Below, one piece after another: positions 9,327 to 20,259 of a DNA stretch of 64,000 nucleotides. The number at the start of each line of letters is the position of its first letter. The stretch's first letter is position 1. The stretch is from the NCBI GenBank assembly GCA_918797485.1, contig CAKKNE010000005.1, forward strand, positions 3,906,001 to 3,970,000. Direction: 5' to 3'. Both the position numbers and the translations under genes were made by a program. The DNA is from Pelagomonas calceolata. Its lineage: Eukaryota. The notes below the pieces were generated by a model. That model was not told the origin of the DNA, ran no database searches, and worked only from the letters and a program-made list of their open reading frames with translations.

Positions 9327-12300
9327 CTAGCGCCCGCGCCGCCGCCGCGGCGCCGCCGAGTCGCACCAACAAATCAAGATGTAGCCGATGACGTCCGCGA
9401 GGAAGTCCGCCCGGTCGCCCTCCTCGACGATCATCTTGAGCACCCAGACGGCCATGGAGTTCATCATCTTCTCCCACTTCGTGAGGCCCTGGCGCCAGCC
9501 CTCGAGCAAGTCCACGCGCCGCGCGTGCGTCGAGTAGTAGCGCGCGAGCTGCCCCAGCGTGTGCACGCAGCTCGCCAGCGGCGTCGGGTCGTACTTCGCC
9601 AGCAACGCCTCCCAGGCGGCCTTGGTCCTTCTACCAGAACCGTCGTCGGGCCGCGCGCGCAGCGCGGGGTCGAGCTTGTCCCGCGCGGCCTCGCAGATGA
9701 GCGCCACGCACTTGTCGCGCTCGCAGGCGAACTGGCGCTCGCGCGGCGGTTGTGGAGCGCGCGGCGCGCGCGGGACGCGCGGCGCCGCGGGCCGCTTCTG
9801 TGGTGGAGCGCTTCCGGGCGGCCGGGTCCCGTTTTGGCAGGACTTGCCGTGCTGCACGGCCGCGGGCGCGTGGGCGAAGGTCCGTGGACAGCCGGCCGGG
9901 CACGGGAAGCAGCCCCGCGCGTCGCGCGGGCCGAGCGACGGGCCCACGATGCTGCGGTCGCGTTGCTTGGGCGCGCGCGGCTGGTAGTAGACCGGCGCGT
10001 AGACGGGGCGGCGCTTCGGCTTGGGCGGCGCCGGCTTGGGCGCCGGCGCGGGCGCGGGCGGCGGCGGCGCCGCGGCCATGTCCCCGATCGTCGCGGCGTT
10101 CGCCGTCGCGCCGCCGAGCTTGAGCGTCAGCGTCGCCGTCTGGGGCGCCGGGGCCGGGGCCGGCGGCGGCGCGGGCGCGGGCGCCGCCGGCGCGGGCGGC
10201 GGCGCGGGCGGGAGCAGCGATGTCATGGAAGGCGGCGCGGCGGGCGCCGGCGCCGGCGCGGCCGGCGCGGGGGCCGCCGGCTCCGCCGGGGCCGGCGCGG
10301 CCGCCGGCGCCGCGGCCGCCGGTTCCGGAGCGGCCGGCGCGGCCGCGGGCGGCGGGAAGGGCGCGCAGGCCGCGGGCGCCGGCGCGCACGCCTGCGCAGT
10401 TACTGGAGCGGGCTTGGCCCCCGGCGGGCAGCAGGCGCATCCTAATAAGTGGCCCGCCTTCAGGAACGCGAAGGGCTTGTCTTGGCCCGGCGGCTTGGGC
10501 GGCGGCTCCTTGAAGCCCTCGCGCCGCTTCGCTCTTACGTCGTCCGTGACGCCGCGCTTGTAGGACCGGACTTGCGCTCGGAGAGCCATGGGCAGGACGG
10601 CGTCGCCCGCCCGCACGTCGTCGGGCGGCGGCGCGACGTGGAAATATCTAAAAACACTTCGGGGACCGGTCGCGGCCTGGTCGTACGTGCCGACAATTAA
10701 CCCCACAAAGGGCGCCGGGCCGTCCTTCGCGTCGTCCTCGAAGAGCGTCTGGTACTGCCTTTGGTTCTCGATGTCCGTTACTGAAGGCTCGGCCATGAAT
10801 CTAGGATGGCTGTGGTACCATCCCACAACATCGAGGTCCCTTCCTCGGATCACTTCTCGGACTTGCAATTCTGAGACCGGATCCATCTCGACATCGGTCG
10901 CACCGTCATCATCGCGCGGCACGGCCCTACAAGGGAACGGCGCCTGCACGTGCATCTCCCGCGTTTCCGGGTCCCAGCGCCCCCCAAGCAACCCAATAAT
11001 CTCCGCATCGCACAGATGCGCGTGCAAGTCGCACAAGAATGCCACGTCGGGGTGCACTCGTAACGACAAGGGCTGCTTTTCCTCTTCTTCCACCGCTTCT
11101 GCCCCTTCAACTTTCTCCCCATAAGCTTCACAAGCAACTAACGCGTGGGGGTCGAACTGGTGCGCGTTCAACCCCTCCATGAGCTGGGCCACTCTCAATG
11201 ACGCGTCTCTCCTATTGGAAGGTCGTCGGCGCGACCGCGGCGCGGCGTCCTGCACATCTAATCCTGAGGCCGTGAGCTCATCAGTAAACGGCCCGTCCCA
11301 GTAGCCCGCGTCCGTGAAGTAGCCCTCGTCCCACACTCTTTTGGGTTCGCCCCGCGCGGCCGTCGGCGCCGGCGCCGGCGCGTCGCCCGCTGGCGCGGGC
11401 GCCGCCGTCGGGTCCTCCTCGGTGTTCTCGAGCCAGTAGTCCGCAAGAGGGGTGCTTTCGTCCACTACTGGTGATGCAGGCGGCGGTAATGGTTGCTGTA
11501 CTTTGGGCGTGGGCTTGCGCCTCCTAGGTCTAGGCGCCTCGTCGGTCGCCGGTCTTTTCCGCTGCCGCACGGACCGGTCGGCCATCAGGTCGTCGCGCGT
11601 CCACCAGCTGTTGCCGCAGTAGGTATATCCCGAGTAGTTCGCCGTCATCTTGCCTCGGACCCTAGGCGGTCTTCCTGAAACGGACTGTGGGGGCCGCTTG
11701 CGCTTCGAGGGCTCATTTAGCAAAGCGTGCAATCTCTTGCCCGTCCGCGCGTGGACCACACAGGCCCAGGCCTTCTGGGGGTCCGGTCTTCTCTCTCGTC
11801 TCGCTCCCCTATCTTGTCGCGCTTTGTCGACGAAGCCCTCGACGGTGCGGAAAGCGCTACCGCCATACACCACTCTCCCTTCCCGATCGATCTCGCCGCG
11901 CACGCTCTCCACGCCGCCGATCTCCAAGACTACGACGTCGCCCGCATCCACTAATCGCTCGGCGAGCAGACCCGATAGTTGCGGGGCATTCGGTTGGGGC
12001 TCGTCTGCGAACGGCGCTCCCAAAGCATCTTGCAGGATGCCCAGGGCTCTTAATCGAGCAATATTGTGATCCTCGGCACCTACGCACTGGCGCAGGCCGT
12101 CTACTACTTCCACGGGTGCTTTCGCCTCGAGAGCCAACCGTAAAGCCCTTGCTAAAGTCGCGCGGACGTCTTTTGGTCGTTCTAAATCTCGCACCGCAAA
12201 CAAGCAGGCGTCCCAGGTCTCCGTCGTGGCGCCGCTGCGCGGCAGCCGTAGCGGCGCTTTATCACTGGAATGCGGTCTATGAGAGTGTAATCGCCGCGCG

Positions 12301-12635
12301 TTCAGCGCCCGAGCCTCGCCAATAGCAGCTAGTAACTGCTTCTGGACGGCTTCATCACACGCACCTAGCGAAGGCACGTCCTCCCAGGGCCGCGCGTCGT
12401 CCGCCGAGAAGACGGCGAGCTCATAGTGCTTGAGGAAACAGGCCACGAAGTCTCCAGCGGCGAGACTAGGCCGGTCTTCAGAAGACACAGGCAGCTCCCA
12501 CTGCTCCACGTCGTCCCAGGACGCGAAGGCGACGCAGGGCCACCATGGCCGCCCGGCGACGCGGCACCAGACGACGTCGCCCGTCTCGATGGTTTGCGGC
12601 GTCGTCGCTTGCGGTGGTGGTTGCTCCTCGCCCAT
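9327..12635 (-). CDS. MPND-like chromatin protein: PWWP + RAMA-like + MPN/JAMM + C2HC zinc finger
   Basis: GDVVWCRVAGRPWWPC (PWWP); DLHAHLCDAEIIGLLGGRW and VGWYHSHPRFMAEPSVTDIENQ (JAMM); CPAGCPRTFAHAPAAVQHGKSC. Confidence 0.85.
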   Translation of the reverse strand: MGEEQPPPQATTPQTIETGDVVWCRVAGRPWWPCVAFASWDDVEQWELPVSSEDRPSLAAGDFVACFLKHYELAVFSADDARPWEDVPSLGACDEAVQKQLLAAIGEARALNARRLHSHRPHSSDKAPLRLPRSGATTETWDACLFAVRDLERPKDVRATLARALRLALEAKAPVEVVDGLRQCVGAEDHNIARLRALGILQDALGAPFADEPQPNAPQLSGLLAERLVDAGDVVVLEIGGVESVRGEIDREGRVVYGGSAFRTVEGFVDKARQDRGARRERRPDPQKAWACVVHARTGKRLHALLNEPSKRKRPPQSVSGRPPRVRGKMTANYSGYTYCGNSWWTRDDLMADRSVRQRKRPATDEAPRPRRRKPTPKVQQPLPPPASPVVDESTPLADYWLENTEEDPTAAPAPAGDAPAPAPTAARGEPKRVWDEGYFTDAGYWDGPFTDELTASGLDVQDAAPRSRRRPSNRRDASLRVAQLMEGLNAHQFDPHALVACEAYGEKVEGAEAVEEEEKQPLSLRVHPDVAFLCDLHAHLCDAEIIGLLGGRWDPETREMHVQAPFPCRAVPRDDDGATDVEMDPVSELQVREVIRGRDLDVVGWYHSHPRFMAEPSVTDIENQRQYQTLFEDDAKDGPAPFVGLIVGTYDQAATGPRSVFRYFHVAPPPDDVRAGDAVLPMALRAQVRSYKRGVTDDVRAKRREGFKEPPPKPPGQDKPFAFLKAGHLLGCACCPPGAKPAPVTAQACAPAPAACAPFPPPAAAPAAPEPAAAAPAAAPAPAEPAAPAPAAPAPAPAAPPSMTSLLPPAPPPAPAAPAPAPPPAPAPAPQTATLTLKLGGATANAATIGDMAAAPPPPAPAPAPKPAPPKPKRRPVYAPVYYQPRAPKQRDRSIVGPSLGPRDARGCFPCPAGCPRTFAHAPAAVQHGKSCQNGTRPPGSAPPQKRPAAPRVPRAPRAPQPPRERQFACERDKCVALICEAARDKLDPALRARPDDGSGRRTKAAWEALLAKYDPTPLASCVHTLGQLARYYSTHARRVDLLEGWRQGLTKWEKMMNSMAVWVLKMIVEEGDRADFLADVIGYILICWCDSAAPRRRRGR

Positions 12636-12945
12636 CGCGTCGCGTTCTTGGCGCGCGGGCGGCTGGTTCGCGCGGAGTTTCGGCCTTCAGGTTCGGGCGG
12701 CGCTGCGGGCGCACGCGGGCGCGGCGCTGCGGGCGCGCGTGCGCTGCGCGGTTGTATTGGTGGTGTGGTGCTGCGCGCGGGCAGTGCGGCGGGCTGGGGC
12801 AGCGTCTTGCGAGGCGAGCTTGGCTTGTTTGTGAGACGCTCTAGTGCGGGAAGCTAGCGTTCGGGGTATGTCGTCTTCGAGCCTTGCCGACGTTTCGCTT
12901 CGTCTAAGGACACTTGAGCAGTCGCGCCTCAGTTTTTGGCTGCTT

Positions 12946-12969
12946 GCTAGTGTCTTACTGGCCGCTAGC
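12946..12969 (+). promoter_or_regulatory. CTAG-N14-CTAG upstream element
   Basis: GCTAGTGTCTTACTGGCCGCTAGC in a divergent intergenic region, 164 bp before ATG 13133. Confidence 0.7.
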
Positions 12970-13132
12970 ACGATTCTATTAAATTTTTGGCTGCTTGTTT
13001 GCGCGCGTTGGTTCATAGCGCTCGCGTACTATCGCAGCGCTCGCTAATCGCAGCGCTCGCGCGCGACCCGCCAACTTGCCGTTTGCTGCGTGCCCAGAAT
13101 TGCTGCACGGCCAACTGTGCGCCCCTAGCGCC

Positions 13133-14176
13133 ATGTCGACCGCGCTACTGCTCGCAGCGGATAGCTCGGACAGCAGTGAGGACGGCAGCTACGTCGCGCA
13201 CGAGGAGTCGGAGTCCGACGATGAGATCGAGGAGCCGGCGGCGCCCGAGCGCCCGCGATCCGCGGCGGAGCTCATCGCGGCGCTGGAGGATGCTCCGGAC
13301 GAGGAGATTCGGGCCATGATGCGCGAGGCGCGACCGCTGCGATCGCCTCCCGCCCTGCCCCAAGACCTGCTGGCAGCCTTCAAGAGGCGCACATCAGATC
13401 TACGCGTGCTCAGAGTCGGAGCGGCTTTAAACGTGTGGATTTTGTGCGACGCGATAGTTACGGCCCGCGCGCTGGAGGTTACGGTCTTCGATCTCTTCGT
13501 CCTCGACGAGCACGTCGTCCTGCTGTCCGTGCGCGCCGCCACGGTGACGCTGTACGCCTACGACCGTCATGTGCTAGAATCAGCGATGGAGCAGCACGGG
13601 CGACTCACTCTCGGGACCGCGGAACGGGTCGAGCTGAACCCTGCTATCGTGCCCGTCGCCGAAGAAACGCTCTTCACGAGTACGCAGGACTTTTTCATAG
13701 AAGAGAAAATCTTGTCGTACGTGCGGTACTTCGAGTCAGATGAGGACGGCTGCTGGCAGGTTCCATGGTTGCCCCTCGCGGACGGCAGCTACCGCTACGA
13801 TCGCGCCGAGCAAATAGTCTCGACGCCCGGTCGGAATGTGATACGCGACGAAGGAGAGGAGGCGGAGCAGTTTCTAGCGATGGCAAATGTCTTTTCTGGC
13901 GACCTGAGCGTGTTGTATCGGCTGAAAGCGCTGGAGGAGCTCTACACCTACCCCGTACCAGGAACACCTCCCTCGTTCCGCCTTCACACGAACGCCGTCT
14001 CGCCGCCCGGCGCGCTCCGGCGCGGACGGAATTGGGCGCGCCGCAAGCAGCTCGTGCTTCTTCGCGCGCTCGAGGCCCGCGGCCCGCGCCGCGCGACGAC
14101 GAAGACTCCCCTGGCGCGCTTCCTCTGCCGGATCTGCCCCGAGCCCCAGTTCCGCGACATCATCGGGCGCCTGTGA
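13133..14176 (+). CDS. Hypothetical protein
   Basis: Long ORF with acidic N-terminus and protein-like composition; no family recognised. Confidence 0.65.
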   Translation: MSTALLLAADSSDSSEDGSYVAHEESESDDEIEEPAAPERPRSAAELIAALEDAPDEEIRAMMREARPLRSPPALPQDLLAAFKRRTSDLRVLRVGAALNVWILCDAIVTARALEVTVFDLFVLDEHVVLLSVRAATVTLYAYDRHVLESAMEQHGRLTLGTAERVELNPAIVPVAEETLFTSTQDFFIEEKILSYVRYFESDEDGCWQVPWLPLADGSYRYDRAEQIVSTPGRNVIRDEGEEAEQFLAMANVFSGDLSVLYRLKALEELYTYPVPGTPPSFRLHTNAVSPPGALRRGRNWARRKQLVLLRALEARGPRRATTKTPLARFLCRICPEPQFRDIIGRL

Positions 14177-14303
14177 TAAGTGAAATTCAAGTCCTTGCGA
14201 GCGCACGCCCGGCCGCCCCCATACGCCATCGCCCCGAGTGTTAGCTCGGAGGCGACCGACGGCGCGGGCACAGGTTCGTTTAGTGAATTCACAAGTTACA
14301 CAG

Positions 14304-16544
14304 TCAGTCCTCGGCGAAGCCCACGCGCTTCGCCCCCGCCTTCGGCGTCGACACCGCGCGCGCGCCCTCCGACAGGGCCCCGGGCGTCTTCAGGCCCGCG
14401 ATCTCCTCCTTCTTCCTTCTACGAGCCTCCATCATCGCCTCCAGGCGCTCCTTCTCCTTGGCTTTCGCGACGGCCCGCCGGTCCATCTCCGCCTGGCGCG
14501 CCGCCGCGTACTTGGCCCTTTCCTGCTCCTCGCGCAGTTTCTTCGCAGCTAATTTCTTCTTCTTGCGCTCACCGAGCCAGTGGAACAACCTCCCCCAAGG
14601 TGTGGTCGGCTTCCTACCTTTGACCTGGAAGCCCCCGAACCTCTTCGCGTTTTCCTCGAGCTTCTCCAGCTTTTGCTTCGTAATGAACTCGCGAGCTTGG
14701 ATCTTGGCAGCTTTATCCCGCGTGACTTTGCACTCCGACAAAGCGTCCGCCGTCTCGATGCTGATGTAGACCTTGGCGTTGCCGTTCTTTTCGGGGTCGT
14801 CCAAGTTCTTCATTCTTTGTTTGGGGCAGTCGCTCCACCACGATCCTTCTCTATGCATGTCGACGCCGGCGGCCTTTGCTATTGCCAAGGTTCCTCTTGT
14901 CAAGTGTTGGGCGCCCCGTAGTTTCGCTCTGAGAGCGGCCTTTCTACGAGCTTCTATTTCCTCAGGGGTCAGTTCCTTGGGCTTCTCCTCGTTCATGCCT
15001 GTGTGGAAACCAACCGGTGTGTCGGGTGCACGAAGTCATTTCTCGGTGATGACGTGGCCGCACTGGCTCCGTCGAGCGGTGACGAACCGACATCGCCACG
15101 CCATCGAGCAGGTGTCGCGTCGATGGCGTGGAGGGCGACGAACGCGCCGTAAATTTGATTTCCACACAGGTCCATGCCCACGTCGTCCAACAACTCCTCC
15201 ATATCTAAATCATCGCTCTCATCCCCCGCTTGGTCCACGAGATGCTGGTCCGCCGCCGCCGCCGCCTCGAGCTCGAGCATTTCGGCCTCGGCGACCTCTT
15301 GGTCGGCCCGCGCCATCTGGTCCAGGATATCCTTGTAGACACCTAACGGCTCGCGGCCCTTCGTCTTTTTTAATTTGGTACGGATCTTGCAGCACCGCTT
15401 CCAAAATTTAGTCCCCATGCACTTCATCCGCAACGACCGCCTTATAATAAACGCGGGCTGCATCAATGATGGTATTCGTCTGTGACATCGAGCGAACTCC
15501 ACATAACTGACATCCCCATCCCGATTCGCGTCGATGACGTTCAGCAGCTTCTGGCATTTTAACTGAGCCTCGGCCTCCGTTTTGGACATCAACAATATCA
15601 AGTCATAAACCTCCTCCCGCGACAGATAGCCCGAGCGGTCCTCATCTATCAAATCAAAGGTGAACCGCACCAGGTGCTCGTCGTTCATCGTACAAAAATC
15701 AAAGAGCCCGACGAAGAACGGCGCGTAGTCGAGCTCGATCTGCGAGGCCTCCAATTTCCCTCCCCTTACGGCTCGCTTCGCCGTCTTACCTCTACTTAAC
15801 CTCGCTTCCTCCGCCGCCTGGAACTTGCGCGGGTCGAAGCGCCCGTCCTCGTCCATGAATTCATGTTGGACATTCATCGTACTAAAGGTCTTCCGCGCGT
15901 AGCCCGCGACGTCCATCTTCAGGTAGCCGAATAATTCTTCAATATCAATGGTGCCCGAATGGTCCCAGTCGATCTTCTCGAAGAGCTTGAGGAACTTGGC
16001 ACCTGCGCGGAGCATCTCTCGTGAATACGGTCCGAACGGCCTCTTCAGCAAAAAAGAAACCAGCCACGACATCGTCTGATGGACACGAGTCGCGTCGATG
16101 GCGTAAAGGCACCGCAACACCTCAAAACGCGGAGATCGCACTGTCGCGTTTCGTCATCTCGAACGCCTGCATCGTGCGCATCAAGGGCGTCTTGCCTTCG
16201 ACCAATTCTTTGCCGAGCAACCAGTTCTTCAGACAAGGACAACAAACAGCGAAGCGGCGCATGCATTTATGTTGTTGATGACGTTCTTCGGTCTTGTTGA
16301 AGACGTTGCGCTCGGCGCGGCGTTTCGCTTCCTGGGCTAACCTCGCGGCTTTGACGTGGGCCGCCTCCTCATTACTTTCGACGGCCTGCCCCAATATGTT
16401 CGTTTCTCTCTTATTGACGTCTAACTGCGTCCGGTCGATGGTCACCTCCGCTTCGTTGCCTGCACTCGCGTTGACGCCGGCGACGACGGCCTCGTTGCCG
16501 ACATCCCGGTTCTCGTCCTTGTAGTAGGCTTGCGTGACGGCCAT
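14304..16544 (-). CDS. EF-hand calcium-binding protein (calcineurin B-like) with coiled-coil tail; exons 16544-16142, 16002-15178, 14998-14304
   Basis: EF loops DWDHSGTIDIEE, DEDRSGYLSREE and DANRDGDVSYVE. Both inferred splices restore frame (KRDS-AKFL; DDVG-MNEE). Confidence 0.85.
14999..15177 (-). mobile_element. Introner-type GC-AG intron: 171-bp element (14999-15169) plus one TSD copy
   Basis: TIR CTGTGTGGAAACCAA / TTGATTTCCACACAG (1 mismatch). TSD GTTCATGC (14991-14998) / GTCCATGC (15170-15177). GC donor lies inside the TSD on the minus strand. Confidence 0.9.
16003..16141 (-). other. GT-AG intron (139 nt), possibly a degenerate introner
   Basis: A|GTGCGA...CGCGCAG|GT joins ORFs 16122-16544 and 14993-16141 in frame; contains ACGCCATCGACGCGAC. 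Confidence 0.8.
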
Positions 16545-17010
16545 GGTGTCTAAGCTGCGTCACGGCTGCTCGGCGGCGGCGTGCTGCCTGGCGCTAGGCG
16601 AGGGTGGTGCGCTTGGAGCGGGCAGCTCCGGGCAAAGTGCGCGCTGCTGCGGCTTCTAGCGGTCGACGCGGTGCGTCCGGGCGTCCTGCTCCATCACTGG
16701 TGGTGCTCGGGCTGCCCGAAGCGGCGCTCCTGCCTTGCCAAGCTCGTTGGCCTCTGCGCTGAGCTCGCGCTGCGGCGGGTCCGCACGCCTCGTAGACCGC
16801 TCGGCGACGGGGCTCCTGCGTCTCCGATACCTCGAAGGCTACCTTGGAGGTGTGCCCGCTTATTCGCAATCAAAACGGGTTCAGATCGAGGCGCCGGCCG
16901 CCGGAGATTGGAGGCTGCCCGAGGCTGCCCCAAGCCGCTAAAAAATAGTTGCACGAAACCTCCAACCAGCGCATCGATCGGCGCGACAGCTGCGCTGCAG
17001 TAATCTAAGC

Positions 17011-17898
17011 ATGAATCCCTCGGGCTTGGCTCGCATGCGCGTCGTCGGCAAAGCGCTGGCAGGCCTGGACCCCAAGACGCACAATGCGATGGTGGCGGCG
17101 CTGTCGAAGCGCGCCGCGCCCTACGAGCGCTGGGGCCCGAACCTGAGTCCGTATCCCGACGTCGTGCGCGCGCGCATCGACGCGCTCCAGACCGGGGACC
17201 TGGTCCTATGTTCGAGCGGCGCGGGCAAGTGGGTGGGCAACGCTATTCAAGTACTCACCGATAGCACGTGGAACCACGTGGCCATGGTCGTCCGCGGCCA
17301 CATGACCTTCGACGAGGAAATTGATCAAGCGCCCCACGGCGATGACATCGCGCGCCATTCCGACGTCAAGAGGTTCGCCAAGCATAGAAACAGGTCGCCG
17401 TACCACTTCCACGTCGAAGTAGACGAGGGCACGTGCGGCACGCCGCACTTGCTGGAGGCGTCGGGCGAAGGGGTGCATATTTATCCGAACATCCACGACC
17501 GGCTGCTCTCATCGCAGGCGTACGAGGAGTACACGACGGTGGCGGTACGCGCGCTGACCGGAATTGACGAGTGGAAGACACCGGAGCACGCGACGCGACT
17601 CGAAGAGTGGATCGCAAAAGTACGCGGTACGGAGTTCGAGCAGGAGGCGCCATTGCATGCGCTGTTTACGGCTGACGCGGGCGACCTCGACTCGATGCAC
17701 TGCGCCGAGATGACGACGGCCACGTTACAGCACATGGGGCTACTATCTTCGAGGTTAGTAGCAGGCACGGCGCCGCCGTGCGCCTATGCAGACGCGCCCC
17801 ACGGCAGCGTTCGCTTAAAAGAGGGCCAGCTCGGCCCTCTCGAGATCCTCAAAGCTGCGGAACCGCCGCTGGAAGAAGCGATCGCGAAGTACGCGTGA
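17011..17898 (+). CDS. Permuted papain-like amidase (YiiX/YebB-type NlpC/P60)
   Basis: LQTGDLVL, WNHVAMVV (His), LLEAS and HCAEM (Cys) in permuted order. Confidence 0.75.
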   Translation: MNPSGLARMRVVGKALAGLDPKTHNAMVAALSKRAAPYERWGPNLSPYPDVVRARIDALQTGDLVLCSSGAGKWVGNAIQVLTDSTWNHVAMVVRGHMTFDEEIDQAPHGDDIARHSDVKRFAKHRNRSPYHFHVEVDEGTCGTPHLLEASGEGVHIYPNIHDRLLSSQAYEEYTTVAVRALTGIDEWKTPEHATRLEEWIAKVRGTEFEQEAPLHALFTADAGDLDSMHCAEMTTATLQHMGLLSSRLVAGTAPPCAYADAPHGSVRLKEGQLGPLEILKAAEPPLEEAIAKYA

Positions 17899-17967
17899 GT
17901 AATTAATTGTGTGTTGAAGCGAAAAGTTATTACTCATCGGAACGGATAAAACAAAAACAAGGCGAGA

Positions 17968-19803
17968 CTAGTCCCGGTCCAGCTCGAACGCGACGCTCCC
18001 AAGCATGTAAACGCCGTACAATGCAAACAAAGCGAAGGCGTGGCGCCGCGGGATCGACGAATCATTACGAGAAGCGACGGCCGCCGTCGCCAGGAGACTC
18101 GTGGAGAGCGCCGCGAAACTCAAAATGGCCTGGCCCGTCAGGTCCACCGCCAGCGGACCCTTGGAATGAGTATACACAGCCACGGGCACGCCGAGGGCCA
18201 TGGCCTGGCTGAAGACCGGACTATTGAAGACCGAGGCCACGGCCATCTGCGGATTGCCTGCTCGTGCCACTACCGTATCGGCCACCAGATCCCCGATGCA
18301 GTTGCCCCAGGCCAGCGCCGTGACGCCCAAGACCGCACTCGATAAACCAACGGCGGCTCCGACTGTCTCCAGCACGGCTACGGTTTCGGACGCCAACAGA
18401 TCCAACCAAGCTACGGTCGAGCAGAACGCGACGCCCACCAACAAATCCCTTATGTGTTGTGACGGGATCGTGTCGTCTGACGTGCGGCAGTACACCAAAA
18501 CACCAATGAAGCATCCCACAATCACCAAAGATTGGCATACTGCGTCAGAAACCATGAGTCGGAGATCACATCCCGCGGCGTCAAAAGCAATTACGGAAGC
18601 TGCACCTAAACACGCTATTCCCGATAACCGCCGCATGTCGCCGTTCCACCTCTCTGTCGTAAAAGTAGCTGGCGGGATGGACGCGTGCCTGAGGACGGCG
18701 AAGGGCCACTCTGCTATTAGTACAACCCGGTCGTAGGGCGTGGACGCGTCGCACGACACGCCTCGCAAACTCAATTGATCTTCTTCAGAAGTGCCTCCGA
18801 GCAGCCCCTGGCGGTCCTCGTCTGCTGTCTCATCCTGATCCCACAGCGAGGCCGCGTCGGAGCCCCGGCGCACGGGCGGGATGCGAGGCACCTCGGAAGG
18901 CGACGCTAATTCCACTTCCGCCGGCCGTCGCCGCGCCCAGTCCAGCGGACTTCGTAAACCGCGCGGCGCGGACGGCGCTTCGGCGAAGAGCGGCGACCCG
19001 CTCTCGTCGCCCGAGTCGTTCTCGTATGAGATCGTGCGAGAACAGACGACCACGCAGACGTAGCCGATATAAAGTAGAATGATGGCCCCGGACTCCACGA
19101 AGTCCACGAGTCCATCTAAACAAAAGCACGCGATCGCGAACGCACTGGCCGACAGCATCGTGACATCTCTAGCGAAGGGCTTCGGCGAGACATTTGTGGA
19201 GGAAGACGACGCCAACAACACGCTACCAAGAACGACCGTCGTGATGAAGATCGACGCGCCGAGTAATTCGGCCAGCACCAATGGTAAGTCAGAAGCTTGA
19301 TGAATGGCGTTCCAGGCCGTGAAGACGTCCGGCGCGCCGTTCCCCAGGGCCATTAACGTGGCCCCCGCGACGTCGTCGGACAGGCCTAATCTACGACTAG
19401 CGTAGTCTAATTGCTCCGTGAAGAAGAACTCAGCAGTAGTACCGAGTAACGAGAGGAGCATGAGGAGCCACAGTACTAGCGAGACCACTACTAGAGGGTT
19501 GGCAGAGGGAGAAGTGTTCACCCCATCACAATACATGAGTCTCAGATAATCAATCGCGTGGGCGACATCTCGGCAGTTCTCTCGCACAAATTTGCAGGGG
19601 TCGCCGCGGCCCTCAATATGTTCGCAGGCCGTATCATCGTGTTTTATTTTCGTTTTTTGCATGATGTCCGGCGTTAATGAGGCGGCCACGAACAGCATCG
19701 AGATGCCCAGCGCGTAGCCGACGCGCCGGATGTGCTTCGCTTCTATATACGAATTGTCGCGTCCCGCGCGGCCGTCGCGTCTTCTGCGGAGGGTGTCGAG
19801 CAT
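17968..19803 (-). CDS. Cation/calcium exchanger (NCLX/CCX subfamily)
   Basis: Alpha-1 repeat AGATLMALGNGAPDVF, alpha-2 repeat GVTALAWGNCIGDLVAD, multiple TM segments. Confidence 0.9.
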   Translation of the reverse strand: MLDTLRRRRDGRAGRDNSYIEAKHIRRVGYALGISMLFVAASLTPDIMQKTKIKHDDTACEHIEGRGDPCKFVRENCRDVAHAIDYLRLMYCDGVNTSPSANPLVVVSLVLWLLMLLSLLGTTAEFFFTEQLDYASRRLGLSDDVAGATLMALGNGAPDVFTAWNAIHQASDLPLVLAELLGASIFITTVVLGSVLLASSSSTNVSPKPFARDVTMLSASAFAIACFCLDGLVDFVESGAIILLYIGYVCVVVCSRTISYENDSGDESGSPLFAEAPSAPRGLRSPLDWARRRPAEVELASPSEVPRIPPVRRGSDAASLWDQDETADEDRQGLLGGTSEEDQLSLRGVSCDASTPYDRVVLIAEWPFAVLRHASIPPATFTTERWNGDMRRLSGIACLGAASVIAFDAAGCDLRLMVSDAVCQSLVIVGCFIGVLVYCRTSDDTIPSQHIRDLLVGVAFCSTVAWLDLLASETVAVLETVGAAVGLSSAVLGVTALAWGNCIGDLVADTVVARAGNPQMAVASVFNSPVFSQAMALGVPVAVYTHSKGPLAVDLTGQAILSFAALSTSLLATAAVASRNDSSIPRRHAFALFALYGVYMLGSVAFELDRD

Positions 19804-20011
19804 GTTTTTTTGTGGGCTGCTTTCGCGCGCCGCGTCCTTTCAGCCTTTTTCGGCTGCCGCTTAGAGGCTGCTGTTTGGAAAGCTGGGAATTCAAGCTATC
19901 GCGTTCGTATGCGATCCATGGCTATGAGAGCTGTGTCAAGGCACGTTCACACACGAGCAGGAGCCACACAGGCTAGAGTATGGCTCCAAAACAGCCACAC
20001 GGCGCTGAGTG

Positions 20012-20035
20012 GCTAGTGTCTTACTCTCACGCTAG
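20012..20035 (+). promoter_or_regulatory. CTAG-N15-CTAG upstream element
   Basis: GCTAGTGTCTTACTCTCACGCTAG, 225 bp before ATG 20260. Confidence 0.7.
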
Positions 20036-20259
20036 TTAACTCGCCCGCGGTGTGCTTTGGAGGGCCGCTTGCGCCGCAAGGGCTGCAAAACTCTCCAGCG
20101 GAGCATCGGCAGATTCATTTCTCGACGGGCGACGCGCTTGAGTGTGCGAGAAACGGGAGCAGCTGCGCACCGCTGCAGAGCGAGCGCCTCAGCGCCTCAG
20201 GCCAGCGACTGCGCGACGCCGCCGCAGCGCGCGCACGCCGCCGCCGCCCTGTGCAGAAT

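Noticed and set aside
8991..10563. Long + strand ORFs (484 aa and Gly/Ala-rich 180 aa)
   Set aside because: Antisense shadows of the Pro/Ala-rich region of the MPND-like gene; GC-rich DNA has few stop codons.
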